A stretch of 64,000 bases of DNA from Ginglymostoma cirratum (GCA_024137785.1 JAHRHZ010000026.1:33458312-33522311), one strand, 5' to 3'; counted from the first letter of the stretch, positions 27,386 through 40,051 are shown. Program-made: numbers and translations. Notes: generated from the sequence alone by a model not told the origin.

Positions 27386-27621
27386 TGAAGTAAACCCACA
27401 GAGGCCAGTATCCCATCACCAAGTCATCCTTTACTTACACGCGGAGAGTGCTCGATCCTGATCCAGCTCCCTCAGACCCAGCTCTCAGAGCGAACAGAAC
27501 CCCTGACACTCTTGTTTACATCTGTCAGCCAGGACTCCCTGATTGGACCAGGTTAACAGCCCCAATCAGGGAACTCACATTCTATGAGGTCCACTGGGCT
27601 GACCTCATTCCAGTCACTGTA
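27386..27621 (-). mobile_element. Solo LTR (236 bp), probably Gypsy
   Basis: 5-bp TSD CTTTG at 27381-27385 and 27622-27626; TG...TA termini; second partial copy at ~5030. Confidence 0.8.
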
Positions 27622-28709
27622 CTTTGGACTCCTGACATATTGGGCCTGGATGCATTCGAACTGTGCTGAATATCAGGGTTTGCAGGATTGTTGGTGGAGG
27701 GTTTAAACTAGCCTGGCAGCAGACTGGAACCCAAGCCTTGGTCCAGAAGGGAGAAATGCAATGCTGGAAAAGTAAGGCAGAAAATCGGTAACTGAGTATA
27801 GAAGGCAGAGAAAGAAAAGCAAGAAAATTACAGCAACAGAATTGTCCAGTTATATCTGGTATGTACTGGAACCTAACAAACAAGATAAATGAACACAAGG
27901 CAGGTGTAGTATGGTATAATGGGTATTAATGAGATACAGCTTAAATCAGGGCAGGAAAGCAAACCTACCAACAAGGTTTTCAGTTGGGACAGAGGGTGTT
28001 TCAAAAAATGAGGGTCACAGAAGTTCATTAAATAAATAATTACAACTAAGAGGAGGGATGATACGTTAGAAGGATTATTAAATGAAGCAGTGTGGATTCA
28101 AGTGTGAGGAGCCAGAAAAATGTAATGACATTGCCAGGAATATGTCATAGGAGTGCAAAGTGTCAGAATGAAGTAGACAAACTAATGTATAGACAAATGC
28201 TGAGAAGCACAGAACAATGATGCAATAATAGGAGGGCATTTCAACTACCCTGATATTAACTGGGGTCAATTCAGTTGCGAAAAGATATAGAGGATACAGA
28301 ATTCTTAAAATGCATTCAAAAACATTAGCAAGTCTAACAAGAAAATAAACAGTTCTGCACTTAATTTTAGGAAATCCAACTGAGTAAATGGAAAACAAGT
28401 CAGAAGATCCAGGTCGAGTTCCGCTTCAGTACTCAACAGACAAAGAAGGCAGAGTAAATATCACAGATAAACAGACTGAGTATCAACATGTACATCCTTC
28501 TATCATATACCGAAGCATGTCCTAAAAGTGACAGAGATTTAGCAATGAAATGAAAAGAAATTGGGGCCTCTGTATATTCATGATCTTAAGGTTACAACAT
28601 CAACATGAAAGTAATCCAACTCCATAGAATGCCAAAACAAACAAAAATTGAAATTATTGGACAAACCCAAGTGATTCAGAACATTTCCAAAGAAGGTTAA
28701 CTGGTCTCA

Positions 28710-29290
28710 GAGTCATATAGAATGGAAACAGACCCTTCGGTTTAACTAGTCAATGCCAACCTAAACTAGTCCCACCTGCCTGCACTTGGTCCATATCTCT
28801 CCAAACCTTTCCTATTCACGTACTCATCCAAATGCCTTTTAAACATTGTAACCGCACCTGCATCCATCATTTCCTTTGGAAGTTCATTCCACCCATGAAC
28901 CACTTTCTGTATGAAAAAGTTGCCCCTCATGTCTTTTTTAAAATCTTTCTCCTCTTGCCTTAAAAATATGTCCCCTTGTTTCAAAATCACCCATCCTAGG
29001 GAAAAGATACCTGCAATTCACCGTATTCATACCCCTCACGATTTTATAAACCTCAATAAGGTCACTCCTCAATCTCCTACACTCCAGCGAAGGAAGTCCC
29101 AACCTTTCCAGTCTCTCCCCATAACTCAAACTCTCCATTCCCGGCAACATCCTGGCAAATCTCTTCTGAACCCTCTCCAGCTTATTAATATCCTTCCTAT
29201 AATGGGGCAACCAGAACTGGCCACAGTGCTCCAAAGGGCCTCACCAAACAACCTGAATATAACATCCTAACTCCTTTACTCAAAGGTTTG
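28710..29290 (-). mobile_element. CR1 LINE 3' fragment inserted inside an older PLE-derived palindrome (28640-28705 / 29295-29425)
   Basis: ORFs EHCGQFWLPHYRKDINKLERVQKRF and MRGNFFIQKVVHGWN. Confidence 0.9.
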
Positions 29291-29711
29291 AGTCATAAAA
29301 TTCATCCAGAACTCAATATGTGAACTACGCTTTCTTTCTACAAATGCTTCCAGTCCTGCTGAGTTTCTCCATCAATTTGTTTTTACTTTTTTTCAGATCT
29401 TACTATCCACAGTTCACTGTTTTATTGTCCATAAGGTGCCAATTGGCACAGTTTACTGTGTGGCCAATGTGGAGCAAATTGGTGCCAACCACACTGGGTT
29501 TGATCCTCCTTGTGATGGAGATCATAATACTGTTAGTGAGAGCTGCAGTCAGGACAGAACTGAACAAGAAAAAGAGAAGATAGAAGAGATAACAATGGGA
29601 CAGCATGTTGGTGATCATAATTCAGTTCAAGTTAGGGTACGGAAGTGTTATGGGAAAGGAGACCAAAAATAAAAATTTTAAACTGGGAAAGGGCCAGTTA
29701 TATTAAGCTGA

Positions 29712-30067
29712 GGAGCCAATGGCCTAGTGGGATTAGCACTGGACTGTTAATCCAGAGACTCAAATAATCTTCTAGAGACCGAGGTTCAAATCCTGCCCTG
29801 ATAGATGGTAGAATTTGAATTCAATAAACATCTGGAATTGAGAGTCTAATGATGACCATGAAGCCATTGTTGATTGTCAGAAAGACCCATCTGGTTCGCG
29901 AACGTCCTTTAGGGAAGGAAACTGCCACCCTTATGTAGTCTGGCCTACACATGACTCCAGACCCACAGCAATGTAGTTGACTCTTAACTGCCCTCTGGGC
30001 AATTAGGGATGGGCAATAAATGCTGCCTAGCCAGCGACACCTTCATCCCGTGAATGAATAAAAAAAA
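29712..30067 (+). mobile_element. tRNA-derived SINE with a 3' tail shared with the second CR1-group LINE
   Basis: tggcctagtgg (A box), ggttcaaatcc (B box); tail gggcaattagggatgggcaataaatgctg...gaataaaaaaa; copies at 63180-63540 and 46440-46770. Confidence 0.85.
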
Positions 30068-30829
30068 TGCTGTGATGCGATTTGACAGAAGTGGACATGA
30101 AACAGCTACTTGAAAATAAATCAGTATCAGGATAGCAGGAGGCTTTCCCGAATGAGGTTGGAGAAGGTTCTGAACCAGTAAGTTGCTGCTAAGAGAAAGG
30201 GCGAGTGTCGAGGGCACACAAAACAGGAAGCATACAAAGTGCTGTGAGTTCAAATCTGCAGCAAACTGAGCAACATTTGGAAAGTGCAGGTGTGAAACTA
30301 AAAAGGGAAATGAGGAAAGCAAAACACATGAAAAAATATTGGCAAGTAAACTCGAGGAAAGCACAAAGATGTTTTGTAAGTACATGAACAGCAAGAAGAT
30401 TATGAAGGGGAGAGAAAGGGCTAATTAAAGACTTTGAAAGCAACTTGAGTACGAAGGCAGAAGATGCGAGCATGTTTCTTATTAATACTTTTGACTGAAC
30501 CTTACCTTTTTTGGCTAAGTGGGCGTTGCATTGAGTTTTTTAGGAGGGACTCTTGCTATAAGACCCAGCACGCTTTCTCACCATATCTTACCAATTCCAC
30601 CTCATTCAGTATCTACCCTGCCACTAAAGCCTTGCTCTATTCTGAATCTATCCCCCTTCCCCTGCCTTACCACTTGCTGTTCCCAGAACAACTCGCGACC
30701 AAGCGGGTATCTGCTGAAAGACTAGCATCCCGTGCACCCATAAATGTTTTTAAAAGCCCACTGTGCCCCTCGCAAGCAGAATCAGTGCACAGCTGCCCTG
30801 CGCAGTTTTGACATTTGCACCAGGCATGG

Positions 30830-31290
30830 CCCCATTTTGCAGAGTATGGATTTGAACGTCCCATTGGACAGGGTGGTACAGATGTAAATGTCCTCATCCC
30901 CCAGAACCAACAGAGATGACACCAGACCGTGCCAGTCTGGTCCAAGGTTGGCATCCAGGACAGCATGTCCTCAGCCGTCTACAGGAATACCCAGCGCTGA
31001 AGGAAGAAAGAGGATGGCCTTCTCAACTCCATCAAAGTAAGTGTCACCACCATCTTCTCTCCAATACTTCGTATTCACTCTCTGGTATCGTGCCCACCTC
31101 CCACTAATGATCATGCCTCAACCACATTCAATATTTTCTACAACATCTTCCTCACTCACTCTCAGCCACCCAAATCCCCGGCACCACTAACACTGCATGC
31201 CCTCTGAGCTGCCTACTCGTTCAGTCCGAACACCTCCCCATCTGCACCAACATTAACAGTGGTGCCACCCTCTTTCATCTCCCTTAATAA

Positions 31291-31328
<38 letters not shown>

Positions 31329-31440
31329 AAGAGGAAGAAACAGCCCCTTACAGGACAGAAAGAGTCAAGACATGAGGTGGATTGCCCACCCGTTTGGCTG
31401 CTCACCCCTAACATGAGCATCCTGACTCTGACTGCCCAGA
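30830..31440 (+). pseudogene. Decayed Myb/SANT-like DNA-binding ORF (Harbinger ORF2 type) with an intron at 31037-31333
   Basis: PHFA..DLNV.LD.V...VLIP...QTVPVWSKVG...RNTQR*RKKEDGLLNSIK | gtaagt...(CT)n..ag | EETAPYRTERVKT*GGLP. Confidence 0.65.
31290..31325. repeat. (CT)n microsatellite
   Basis: Direct observation. Confidence 0.95.
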
Positions 31441-33319
31441 GTGACTGTGCCCAAGCCCCTGAATTGCTAACAGGGGTGCCCTTGACTTCCTGGTCATGCC
31501 AGGAGCCCCTGAAAGAAAGAAGGCTATCTCTCCCTTACCCTGACTGAGTCCTGCTGAAGGTCCAAAATGCAAAGAGGCATCCATAAGGCTCAGAGTGAGT
31601 CAGCATGATAAGAGGATGCAAACAGGCCGAAGGTAGAGCTTGATCCAGTCGATGAGAACAGTGTCCTTGCTGCAGTATTACAATGAGAGATGTTAGTACA
31701 GCCCAAGATCAGGATTAAAAGAGCACAAGCATCGTGTAAGTCAACTGGATATGTGCCATGAATATTCTCACAGGCTGGCACATGTCAGATGCCAATTGCA
31801 GTTGACGTAGAGTGCATGTCGGTGTGCCCTGAAACACTGGCGGCCTTTGGAGCAAGTGGTGAGCTGAAATCACCAGTTACTACTCTGACTTCTATCTCAA
31901 CAATTTATAAAGTTCGGTGCATTTGTTAAGAGTGGGACATGATAAGAAATAGGAACATAAGTAGACCATTCAGCCCCTCGAGCCTGGTCCACCATTCAAT
32001 AGGATCGCGGTGGATCCAGCATTCCTCACATCGACTCTCCTGCCCTTTCCCCATAACCCTGGATTCCCCAATGGATACTAAAGTAGAAAGGTGCGGCATT
32101 AAGATATTGTTTAATAAACAATAATCCTCCAATAAATTGGCAACTCACCACTGCCTAGCCAGAAACTCATCCCTCCACTCGGCGAACACCCAGAAGACTC
32201 AGCGAGATGTTCCCAATGTTGTGACAGGCCTCTCTGGATTTCTCACCTGATTCTGGTACAAATCTCACCATCAACCACGTCACTCAGACACCTATAAGAT
32301 GGTGCTGTTTGTGTCTATTTCACAAAAGTGCTGAGTAATGTGGACATGTGAGGGAAGACTCAGTGGAAACTGTGTGTATCTAAGCTGACTACAGGCCAGG
32401 CTCTCAAGTTATTTAAAAAGTGTGGAATTGATAAAGTGTTGCAATTCCAGGTCAGTCAGCCCAACCTCACAGTGGACAAATTATTGGAAAGAACATCTGA
32501 GTGACTGTATAAATCGTCATTGAGAAGATCATGTATTAATCAAGGACAATTAGTGTGGATTTGTTAAGGGAAGGTCCTGTCTAGTTTTCTTGCAATTTTT
32601 AGCGGAATTTATCGTGGTACTGATTCAGGAGACTGGAAGACTCATTGGAGGAAGTGATGGCACATCTCACATGATCCAAGAGTTGTTGTTTATAGTTGGA
32701 GGTGTATAAATGTGCTTTTGTACTTGTGGCACATATAAATGCTGCATTTTCAATAAATAACTTATGTGTTCATTGGATATGCTTTGTATTCCTGTGATTC
32801 CAAAATCAGTCACACAGAAAGAGAGAAATAATGTAACTGAAGTCACAAGGAGGTTTACTGTAGGATAAATAGCAACCTTTTGACAAGGTACAACATGGCA
32901 GATTGATTGAAAAGTGAGAGTCCTTGGGATGCATGGTAAAGTTTGGATCTAAAATTGACTCAGTGAGAGAAAGCAAAGGGAAATGGTCAACAGATGTTTT
33001 TGAAACAGGGAAGCTGATACCAGTGGAGTTCCACAGGACCCACGCAAAAAACCAAGTCTCCTGTTCAATCATAACAAGCCTCCATTTTTGTAGATAACTG
33101 TGTTATGTTAGCACACGCCAACCTACAACCCACAACCTACCACTTGACTTATTTGAAGAAAACTATCAACACCTAGGACTACATCTGACAATAGTCCTTC
33201 TCCAGCTTAAACCAGAATTTGCACCAAATCCTATCCCTGTGCCATGGCTGTGTATTACCCCCAGAGGGCAGTTGAATACTTCTGCTCCCTCAATAAACTT
33301 ATGTCCCAGTAAGCAACTA

Positions 33320-33600
33320 TAGACATCATTGAATCTCTACAGTGCACTTGGAGGCCACTTGGCCCATCAAGTCTGTACCAACTCTCCGAAGAGTATCCTA
33401 CTCAGACCCACCCTCTACCTTGCCCTGCATTTCCCATGGCTAACCCACCTAGCTGAACATCCCTAGACACTGCAGGGCAATTTAGCATGGCCAATCCACC
33501 CTAACCTGCACATCTTTGGACTGTGGGAGGAAACCCACACAGACATGGGGATAACGTGAAAACTCCATACAGACAGGCACTCAAAGCTGAGATCCAGCCC
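33320..33600 (-). mobile_element. HE1-type SINE, head truncated
   Basis: ctgcacatctttggactgtgggagg core. Confidence 0.85.
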
Positions 33601-33619
33601 AATTCCTTACAGACTTGGA

Positions 33620-34130
33620 GATGACTCACCAGATCCACACAGGATCCATTGAGCTCCTCGAATCTTTGTGATCATGTCTGGACAGGCACTAAGGTGCCAG
33701 ACCCCTCGTCAGTTGTCCTCCCAACAAGCTCACTATGGCTGTCAAACCCTAGAGAGAGCTGGAGGCACAAAATCAGCTGTACCGTTGGAAGATCTTACCC
33801 AACTGTTGGATGGATTGGCATGTGGGAATGGATATCCCCAGGAAGCAGGCCCCAAAGAGATTACCTTCTCACACAGCAATGGAGCTGGACAGAGTGCTGT
33901 ATATTCACCTTCCGAAGTAGGGTTTCTACTCCCAAATGGTCAAAGAGTGGCTGAAGGAAATGCTTGAAAGATATCCTGGAAGCCAACTGGAAGACCAGCT
34001 TTGACCTTAACAGCTGGTAACAGAGTGCTCTGAATCACCCATGATGGCAGGTCCTGCTTCAACAAGGTTTAGCTGGCTTTTAAAGTCAGGTGGATGACCA
34101 GGCTTGAAGAGACAAGAGAAAGCAGCTCGT
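33620..34130 (+). mobile_element. Degenerate RTE-clade LINE 3' fragment
   Basis: WIG(H)VGM...PKEI...GQ...KDIL.A resembles RTE RW.GHV.RM..PK...GGQ.KR.KD.LK. Confidence 0.45.
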
Positions 34131-34949
34131 GAAGGCGCACAGTGCCTCATTGACCACCCTCCAACTAAGTGACCGACTAACAACTGATTTTATCCCCCAT
34201 CACCGCTATGCGGTTTCCCCCTTAGTCTTCAACCATCCTTAACTGCCTCGTTAATTATCTACTGGCTTCACCTCGTCATTTCACGCTGCAAAAGCACATT
34301 TACAGAACCTGCTGCATTACTTTCACAGAAATATCTGCTCCAAGACAGCAAGAGAGAGTTAGATCAGATGACGCTGTATCAGGTCTTGTGGTGATGTATA
34401 CTGAGACTTACTAGCATTGCATAGTCAGATTTAGCCCCTTACAATATATATATTAACTATTTAAGTGTTCTTGTGCAGTGATAGTGGGCAGGAAGACATG
34501 GGTTCAAGTCCCACCTACTCCAGAGGTGGATCGTAAGAATTCTGAACATGCTCTTTTGGCAATGTCTGTGTTAATGGTTTAAAACATAGGGGACTTGATT
34601 AAGATGTTAGCAGATAATATGAAAATTAGTCCTGTGGTTGATAGCATAGAAAAAGCTTTATAGCAAGACATCAAATGACTGGTCCAGTGAGCAGAAAAGT
34701 AGCTCGAGCAATGCAATCCAGAGAACACAGTTTCATTTGGGGAGGGTAAATAAGACGAGAAGATTTACAATGAATGGTGGGCTACTGAGAGGGGCAGAGG
34801 AACAGAAAGATCTTGGAGTCCACAGAATTGTGCAGGCAGACAAACAGATGGATAATTTAGGTAGTGAAGAAAATAAACAGCATTCTTCCCTTTGCTCAAA
34901 GATTAGAAGTTGAAAAACAAGCCTGAACAGAGTCACCATTTTATACAGC

Positions 34950-35580
34950 ATGAGAAGGTGGTACTGATTGGTTGGGCTATCATTAGCAGGGAGCTGAATA
35001 AAAACAATTAACTATCAATCTTAATTCTTAGACCAGGCAGATACATATTCTGATTGGTCAGGGTACTGCCATGGCGATGCAGCAAAGTTTGGCTGTCTCC
35101 ATGAGCCCTTTTAGGAAAATGTGCAATGCATGTACAAATTGCTTAGATAAAACCGGTTCTTGAGTATTTCGATATGTAGTTTTCAAGCCTGTGCAAATGC
35201 ATTACACTGTGTGCCCAGCTGATGATCTTAACTCCGTTTCTGATATAACACACAGCACAGTCTGGATTATTGAATGAATGATGTCCAATAGTGGAATCAC
35301 ATCTAATGTCAGATATACTTTTCTGATGTTTGCAGGGCTGATTGGGCACAAGCAACATGCTGTCTGTTCAGAATGGTCACTGGTTTGATACAGACCACCC
35401 ATCATTGGTATGCATGGCATACATACCTGGCATCACACTGGCACTGAAACTCACATTGCTCTTTTGTGTGGTATCTTTTTAGGTTGATGCCAACATCCTG
35501 TTAGTGGAGAAAAACACTTCGGTTTACAGCAAAGTAGCAGCATGAGACATTGGCTCCCCCGGTTCAAATGTTGACCCAAA
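34950..35580 (-). mobile_element. Third Penelope-like lineage: decayed GIY-YIG endonuclease
   Basis: SNV..EFQCQCDARYV; IRCDSTIGHHSFNNPDCA..Y....KIISWAHSVMHLHRLE.YI. Confidence 0.65.
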
Positions 35581-36764
35581 GAAACAGCATTTTGTTCTCA
35601 TTCTGCACAACGTGGTATCTCTTATTCAAGTCTGTTTCTTGCTTTCTCATTCAGTCAAGAGCAAAATGAAAAGTTTCAATTTCTAGTGTCCTTTTAGCAA
35701 TGTTTAAATTCGTCCCTTTATCAGTAAAGTTATCGAGTATAAGAGCATGGATGACATGGTAGAACTCTGTAAAACATTAGTTGGGTCACAGATAGAGTGC
35801 TCTGCACGGTCCTGGCCACAACACAGGAAGAATGTGATCTCTCTAGAGAGGGTATAGAGTAGGTTCCCAAATATGGAGAACTTTAGCTTTATGAAAAGAA
35901 TAGGCTGCGGTTTCTTTCAAAGAGGAAACTGAGGAACAATTTAATTGAGATGCTTAAAATTATGAGGGGTCTTGATAGATAGGATATTCATGATTTACTG
36001 CATTAACATGTAGATCAATAACAGATCGAACAGATTTCAGGTGATTGTTGGAAGGATCAGAAGGGAGTTGAAGGTAAGTTATTTGGCAAAGAGGGTGGTG
36101 TAGGTCAGGAGCTCACTGCCTGAGGAAGAAGGTAGAGGTAGAAACCCTCATTGACACTAAAAGGAACTTAGATGTGTACATGAAATGTCATGGCCCACAA
36201 GGCTATAGACTGACAGCTGATCGAAATAGGCTGGATTGCTCTTTTACACTGGACCAAATGGAATGGACTGAATGGCCTCGTTAGCCCTATATATTCTGTC
36301 TTTTTATAACATGTACCCCAATAACAAACTGCCTGCAAGCAAGTTACAGTTTTGGAAAGGGAAGTGGGTAAAGCCTCCGTACAGACAGACTATAGGCGAT
36401 AGTGATTCAAGGCAGTGACCCAACACCGTCTTCTCAACAGTGTAACTACAGCAAAAAGTTCCAGCCTAGCCGGTAACATCCACATTTGATGAAGAGACAT
36501 ACAAACAGTCATAACTCTACCTGCCTATTTCTCCATCCAACAACCAGCCCATTCCTAAAATTATCTTCACAAAAGTACACAAAACTAACCCACTTCATGA
36601 GCAATTCAGCATCCGTTGGTTACCTGGAATTTGCTGCTTCTTTCCCACTGTTTCTGCTTTCTTGAAAGGCTGATTGTTTCAGGAGCTCAGCCCCCGAGTT
36701 GTTGAGTCTCAGCCAAAACCATTGTGCCTTTCTGCCTCACCTCCCTCTCTGAAAAGCCTCTTGA

Positions 36765-36880
36765 GTGCCTGCTTGTGGTGCACTGGTGGTGTCCCTCCCC
36801 CTGGACCGGGAGATCAGGATTCAAGTCCCACCAACTCCAGAGGTGCGTGGCAACATCTCTGAACAGGCTGATTAGAAATA
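36765..36880 (+). mobile_element. Very short tRNA-like SINE (~115 bp); a degenerate second copy at ~34465-34550
   Basis: Shared ttcaagtcccacc.actccagaggtg...tctgaaca; A/B-box-like head. Confidence 0.55.
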
Positions 36881-36922
36881 AGGATTAATTTTAAAGAGGA
36901 AAAAAAACTTTCTCACAATCCT

Positions 36923-37018
36923 AGATAACAAGGTGTGGGGCTGGATGAACACTTCAGGCCAAGCAGCATCATAGGAGCAGGAAAACTTGACGTTTCGGGC
37001 CTAGACCCTTCATGAGAA
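36923..37018 (-). mobile_element. Short PLE-derived insert (family A), hammerhead core mutated (CTCATGA)
   Basis: Near identical to 6063-6160. Confidence 0.85.
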
Positions 37019-37884
37019 CTTCTCTTCCTGCTTACAAAATACACAAAACATTGTTCTCCAAAGGGAATACTTGACAAATTGTATCATTCTTGTCCACATT
37101 TATTGAAAGAAAGACTGAACTTCACTAATTTCAGACCAAATGAAGTGCAGTATAGTTTCAATTGGTTTGAAGTTCTCGTCCGAGAGGCTACAAAGTAAAG
37201 CAATGGCCTTTATGAGCCACAAACCTTGGCTGTTGAAAAACAGGACCTGGCCTTTACATTAATATATCAATTCTACAACCTCTCCTGCAATGGCCTCAAT
37301 CTTATTTTCTGTAGCTCTGATCTCTTTGGTGTATTTTTCATCAGTGCACTTCACTTCCTCTGACCTTTTCACATTATTTGTTTCTGCTTTTCCACCCACC
37401 TTTCCCATTTATTTTCTGCTTCAGCATTAGCCTTTTGCCACCTTTCCTCCTTGGAGTATCAGTTTCTAAACTCTTGATGTATCACAATCCTCCCATTTCT
37501 TGTGTAGAATTGCTTGAGGGCCCAGGAATTCCCACTTTCTTCTCAACAAGTTACACCAATGTAAAATTATGTTGTTTTCAATCCACTTTGTTTCTGAGGA
37601 TACGGTCACTGCTTCATGGAAGAATACACTGGACCTTGGTCAAGGAATTGAGAGTTGTACAATGAAGGTTAAAGAGGGTGGAAGAAAACGCCAGCCCAGG
37701 GTTCTTGCTTCAAATCATTAATCAGTGATAACTGATTAATGTATGTGCATGTATGTGCAATTCAATGTATGTGCATGTGGACATAGGCAAAGTCAAGGTC
37801 AGTCCGAATTGTGGTATCTAATTGATAAACCATTACATTGTTGGCTATGTTCAAGTATTCTTACTGTATTCTTTTTGGTTAGAA

Positions 37885-38220
37885 TTATAGAATCCCTGCA
37901 GTGTGGACACAGGCCATTTGGCCCATTGAGTACACACAGACCCTCTGAAAAGCATCCCGCCCAGACCCACCCCTCCCCCTAGCCTATCACCTGGCATTCC
38001 CCATGGCTATTCCATCTAGACTGCACATCCCTGGGCACTACGGGCAATTTAGCATGGCCAATCCAACTAACCTGCACATCTTTGGACTGTGGGATGAAAC
38101 CGGAGCACCCAGAGGAAACCCACACAGGCAGGAGGAAGCGGTGGAGTGCAAACTCCAAACAGAGGGTGGAACTGAACCCAGATCCCTGGTGTTATGAGGC
38201 TGCAGTGCTGGCAACGTTGT
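37885..38220 (-). mobile_element. HE1-type SINE
   Basis: Same head, core and tail as 20775-21085. Confidence 0.88.
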
Positions 38221-38274
38221 CACCTTCAAGTTTTCATAGAAGGATCAGGTTGTGATCTGTCTGAGAGTACACCA

Positions 38275-39757
38275 TTCCTGGGAGTCAACCCAATGAAAGC
38301 GACAGGCCCGGATGGTGTTCCCAGCCGAGCACTCAGATCCCATGGGGACCAACTGGCGGAGGTATTCACCAACATCTTCAACCTCTCCCTCCTACAAGCT
38401 GAAGTCCCAGCCTACTTCAAGAAGACCACCATCATCCCTGTACCCAAGAAAACACACACGATGTGCCTTAATGACTCTGACCAGTGGCTCTGACCTCAAT
38501 AATCATGAAGTGCTTTGAGATGCTGGTCATGGCCCAGATCAACTCCACTCTCCCAACCTGCCTCGCTCCTCTACAGTTTCCCTACTGACATAACAGGATC
38601 CACAGAGGATGCCATATCCCTAGTCCTGCACTCATCCCCGGAACATCTGGACATCAAAGACACCTACGTCAGACTCCCACTCATCAACCACAGTTCCACC
38701 ATTATCCCCTCCAGACTGATCTCAAAACTGGTCTCTGCTCCGCCCACTGCAACTGGATCCTCAGCTTTCTGACCCACAGGCTGTAATCAGTGAGGATAAG
38801 TAACTGCACCTCCAATAACACTCAACAATGGAGCCCCTCCAAGGATGCAGCCTCAGCCCCCTACTGTACTCCCTGTACACCCATGGCTGTGTTACCAAAT
38901 TCCGACTGAATGCCATCTACAAGTTTGCTGATGAAACCACCATAGTGGGATGGATATCTCACAACAACAAGCTAAAATACAGAAGGGAGCTAAAGGGCTT
39001 GGTGATTTGGTGCAATGAAAACAATCTGTCTCTTAACGTCAGTGAAACTAAAGAATTGATCGTTGACTTCAGAAAGAAAGGAGGAGAACACACTCCCATC
39101 TACATTAATGGAACTGAGGTTGAAAGGGTGGAGAGCATCAAGTTACTCAGAGTGATTATAACCAACAACCTGTCCTGGACTTCCCACGTAAATGCGACAG
39201 TCAAGAAGGCACAACAATGCCTCTTCTTCCTCAGGCGGCTAAGGAAAGTTGGCATGTCCATAAGGTCCCTCACCAACTTCCACAGATGCACCATTGAAAG
39301 TATACTGTCCGAGTGCAAAACGGCCTGGTACGGCAACTGCTCTGCCCAGGACTGTAAGAAACTACAAAAGATTGTGTGCACAGCCCAGACCATCACAGAA
39401 GCCAACCTTCCATCCATGGATTCTATTTACATGACTCACTGCCGCGGAAAGGTTGCCAACATCGTCAAAGACCCATTGCACTCTGGTAATGATCTCCTAC
39501 AAACTCTTTCATCAGCCTGAAGATAAAGAAGCCTGAAAACACAGACCAGCAGGTTCAGGAACAGCTTCTTTCTGGCTGTTATCAGACTGTTGAATGGACT
39601 CTAGTCTCAAATAATGTAACCTGCAATGTAACCTGTATGCCTCTGAGTCTTTTTGATCTGTACATCCTTTGCTTGCTGTGATCTGCCTGTACCACTCGTA
39701 AACAAAGCTTTTCACTGTATTTCAGTGCATGTTACAATAAAGTCAATCAATCAATCA
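38275..39757 (+). mobile_element. Rex1/Babar LINE, 5'-truncated, RT with frameshifts
   Basis: KATGPDGVP..DQLAEVFTNIFNLSL..FKKTTIIPVPKK; QGCSLSPLLYSLYT; KFADET; KKAQQCLFFLRRL; (TCAA)n tail. Confidence 0.93.
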
Positions 39758-40051
39758 TTAGACCTGATATCCAAATAATGAACACATTATGGCAAAATAA
39801 AACACAACCTTTCCCTTAACTGCCCATAGCTGGTATTGGGATCATTTGCTTAAGTAGGGTGACTCACCAGTCTTCAATGAATGGTTCAGCATTGCACCAC
39901 CAGACCTCACTTCAGTTTAAATTATTAAGTGAGTTGATTTGATGAAAGAAGAAGAAGCAAATAACGGTGACCTCGTGAATATTCAAAGTAGAAATCTTTC
40001 TGTCTCATCAAACCGTGCACAATAAACAGCAAAAATCGCAGACTGAGATAA

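Larger units (their letters stand above)
30500..32300 (+). mobile_element. Probable non-autonomous PIF/Harbinger-derived DNA transposon
   Basis: Interrupts the collinear old CR1; contains the Myb/SANT relic; ends only weakly complementary. Confidence 0.45.
27240..36300 (+). mobile_element. Old near-full-length CR1 LINE fragmented by nested insertions
   Basis: Collinear remnants: endonuclease region ~27850-28400, 29590-29710, 30070-30500; RT 32310-33050 (SGVPQ), 34430-34930 (IYIN.L, ADNMKI, EEQ.DLGVH); C-terminus and tail 35700-36300. Confidence 0.65.

Noticed and set aside
36625-36770. Minus-strand exon with CAG|GTAAC donor
   Set aside because: It overlaps L2-like and SINE-like repeat sequence.
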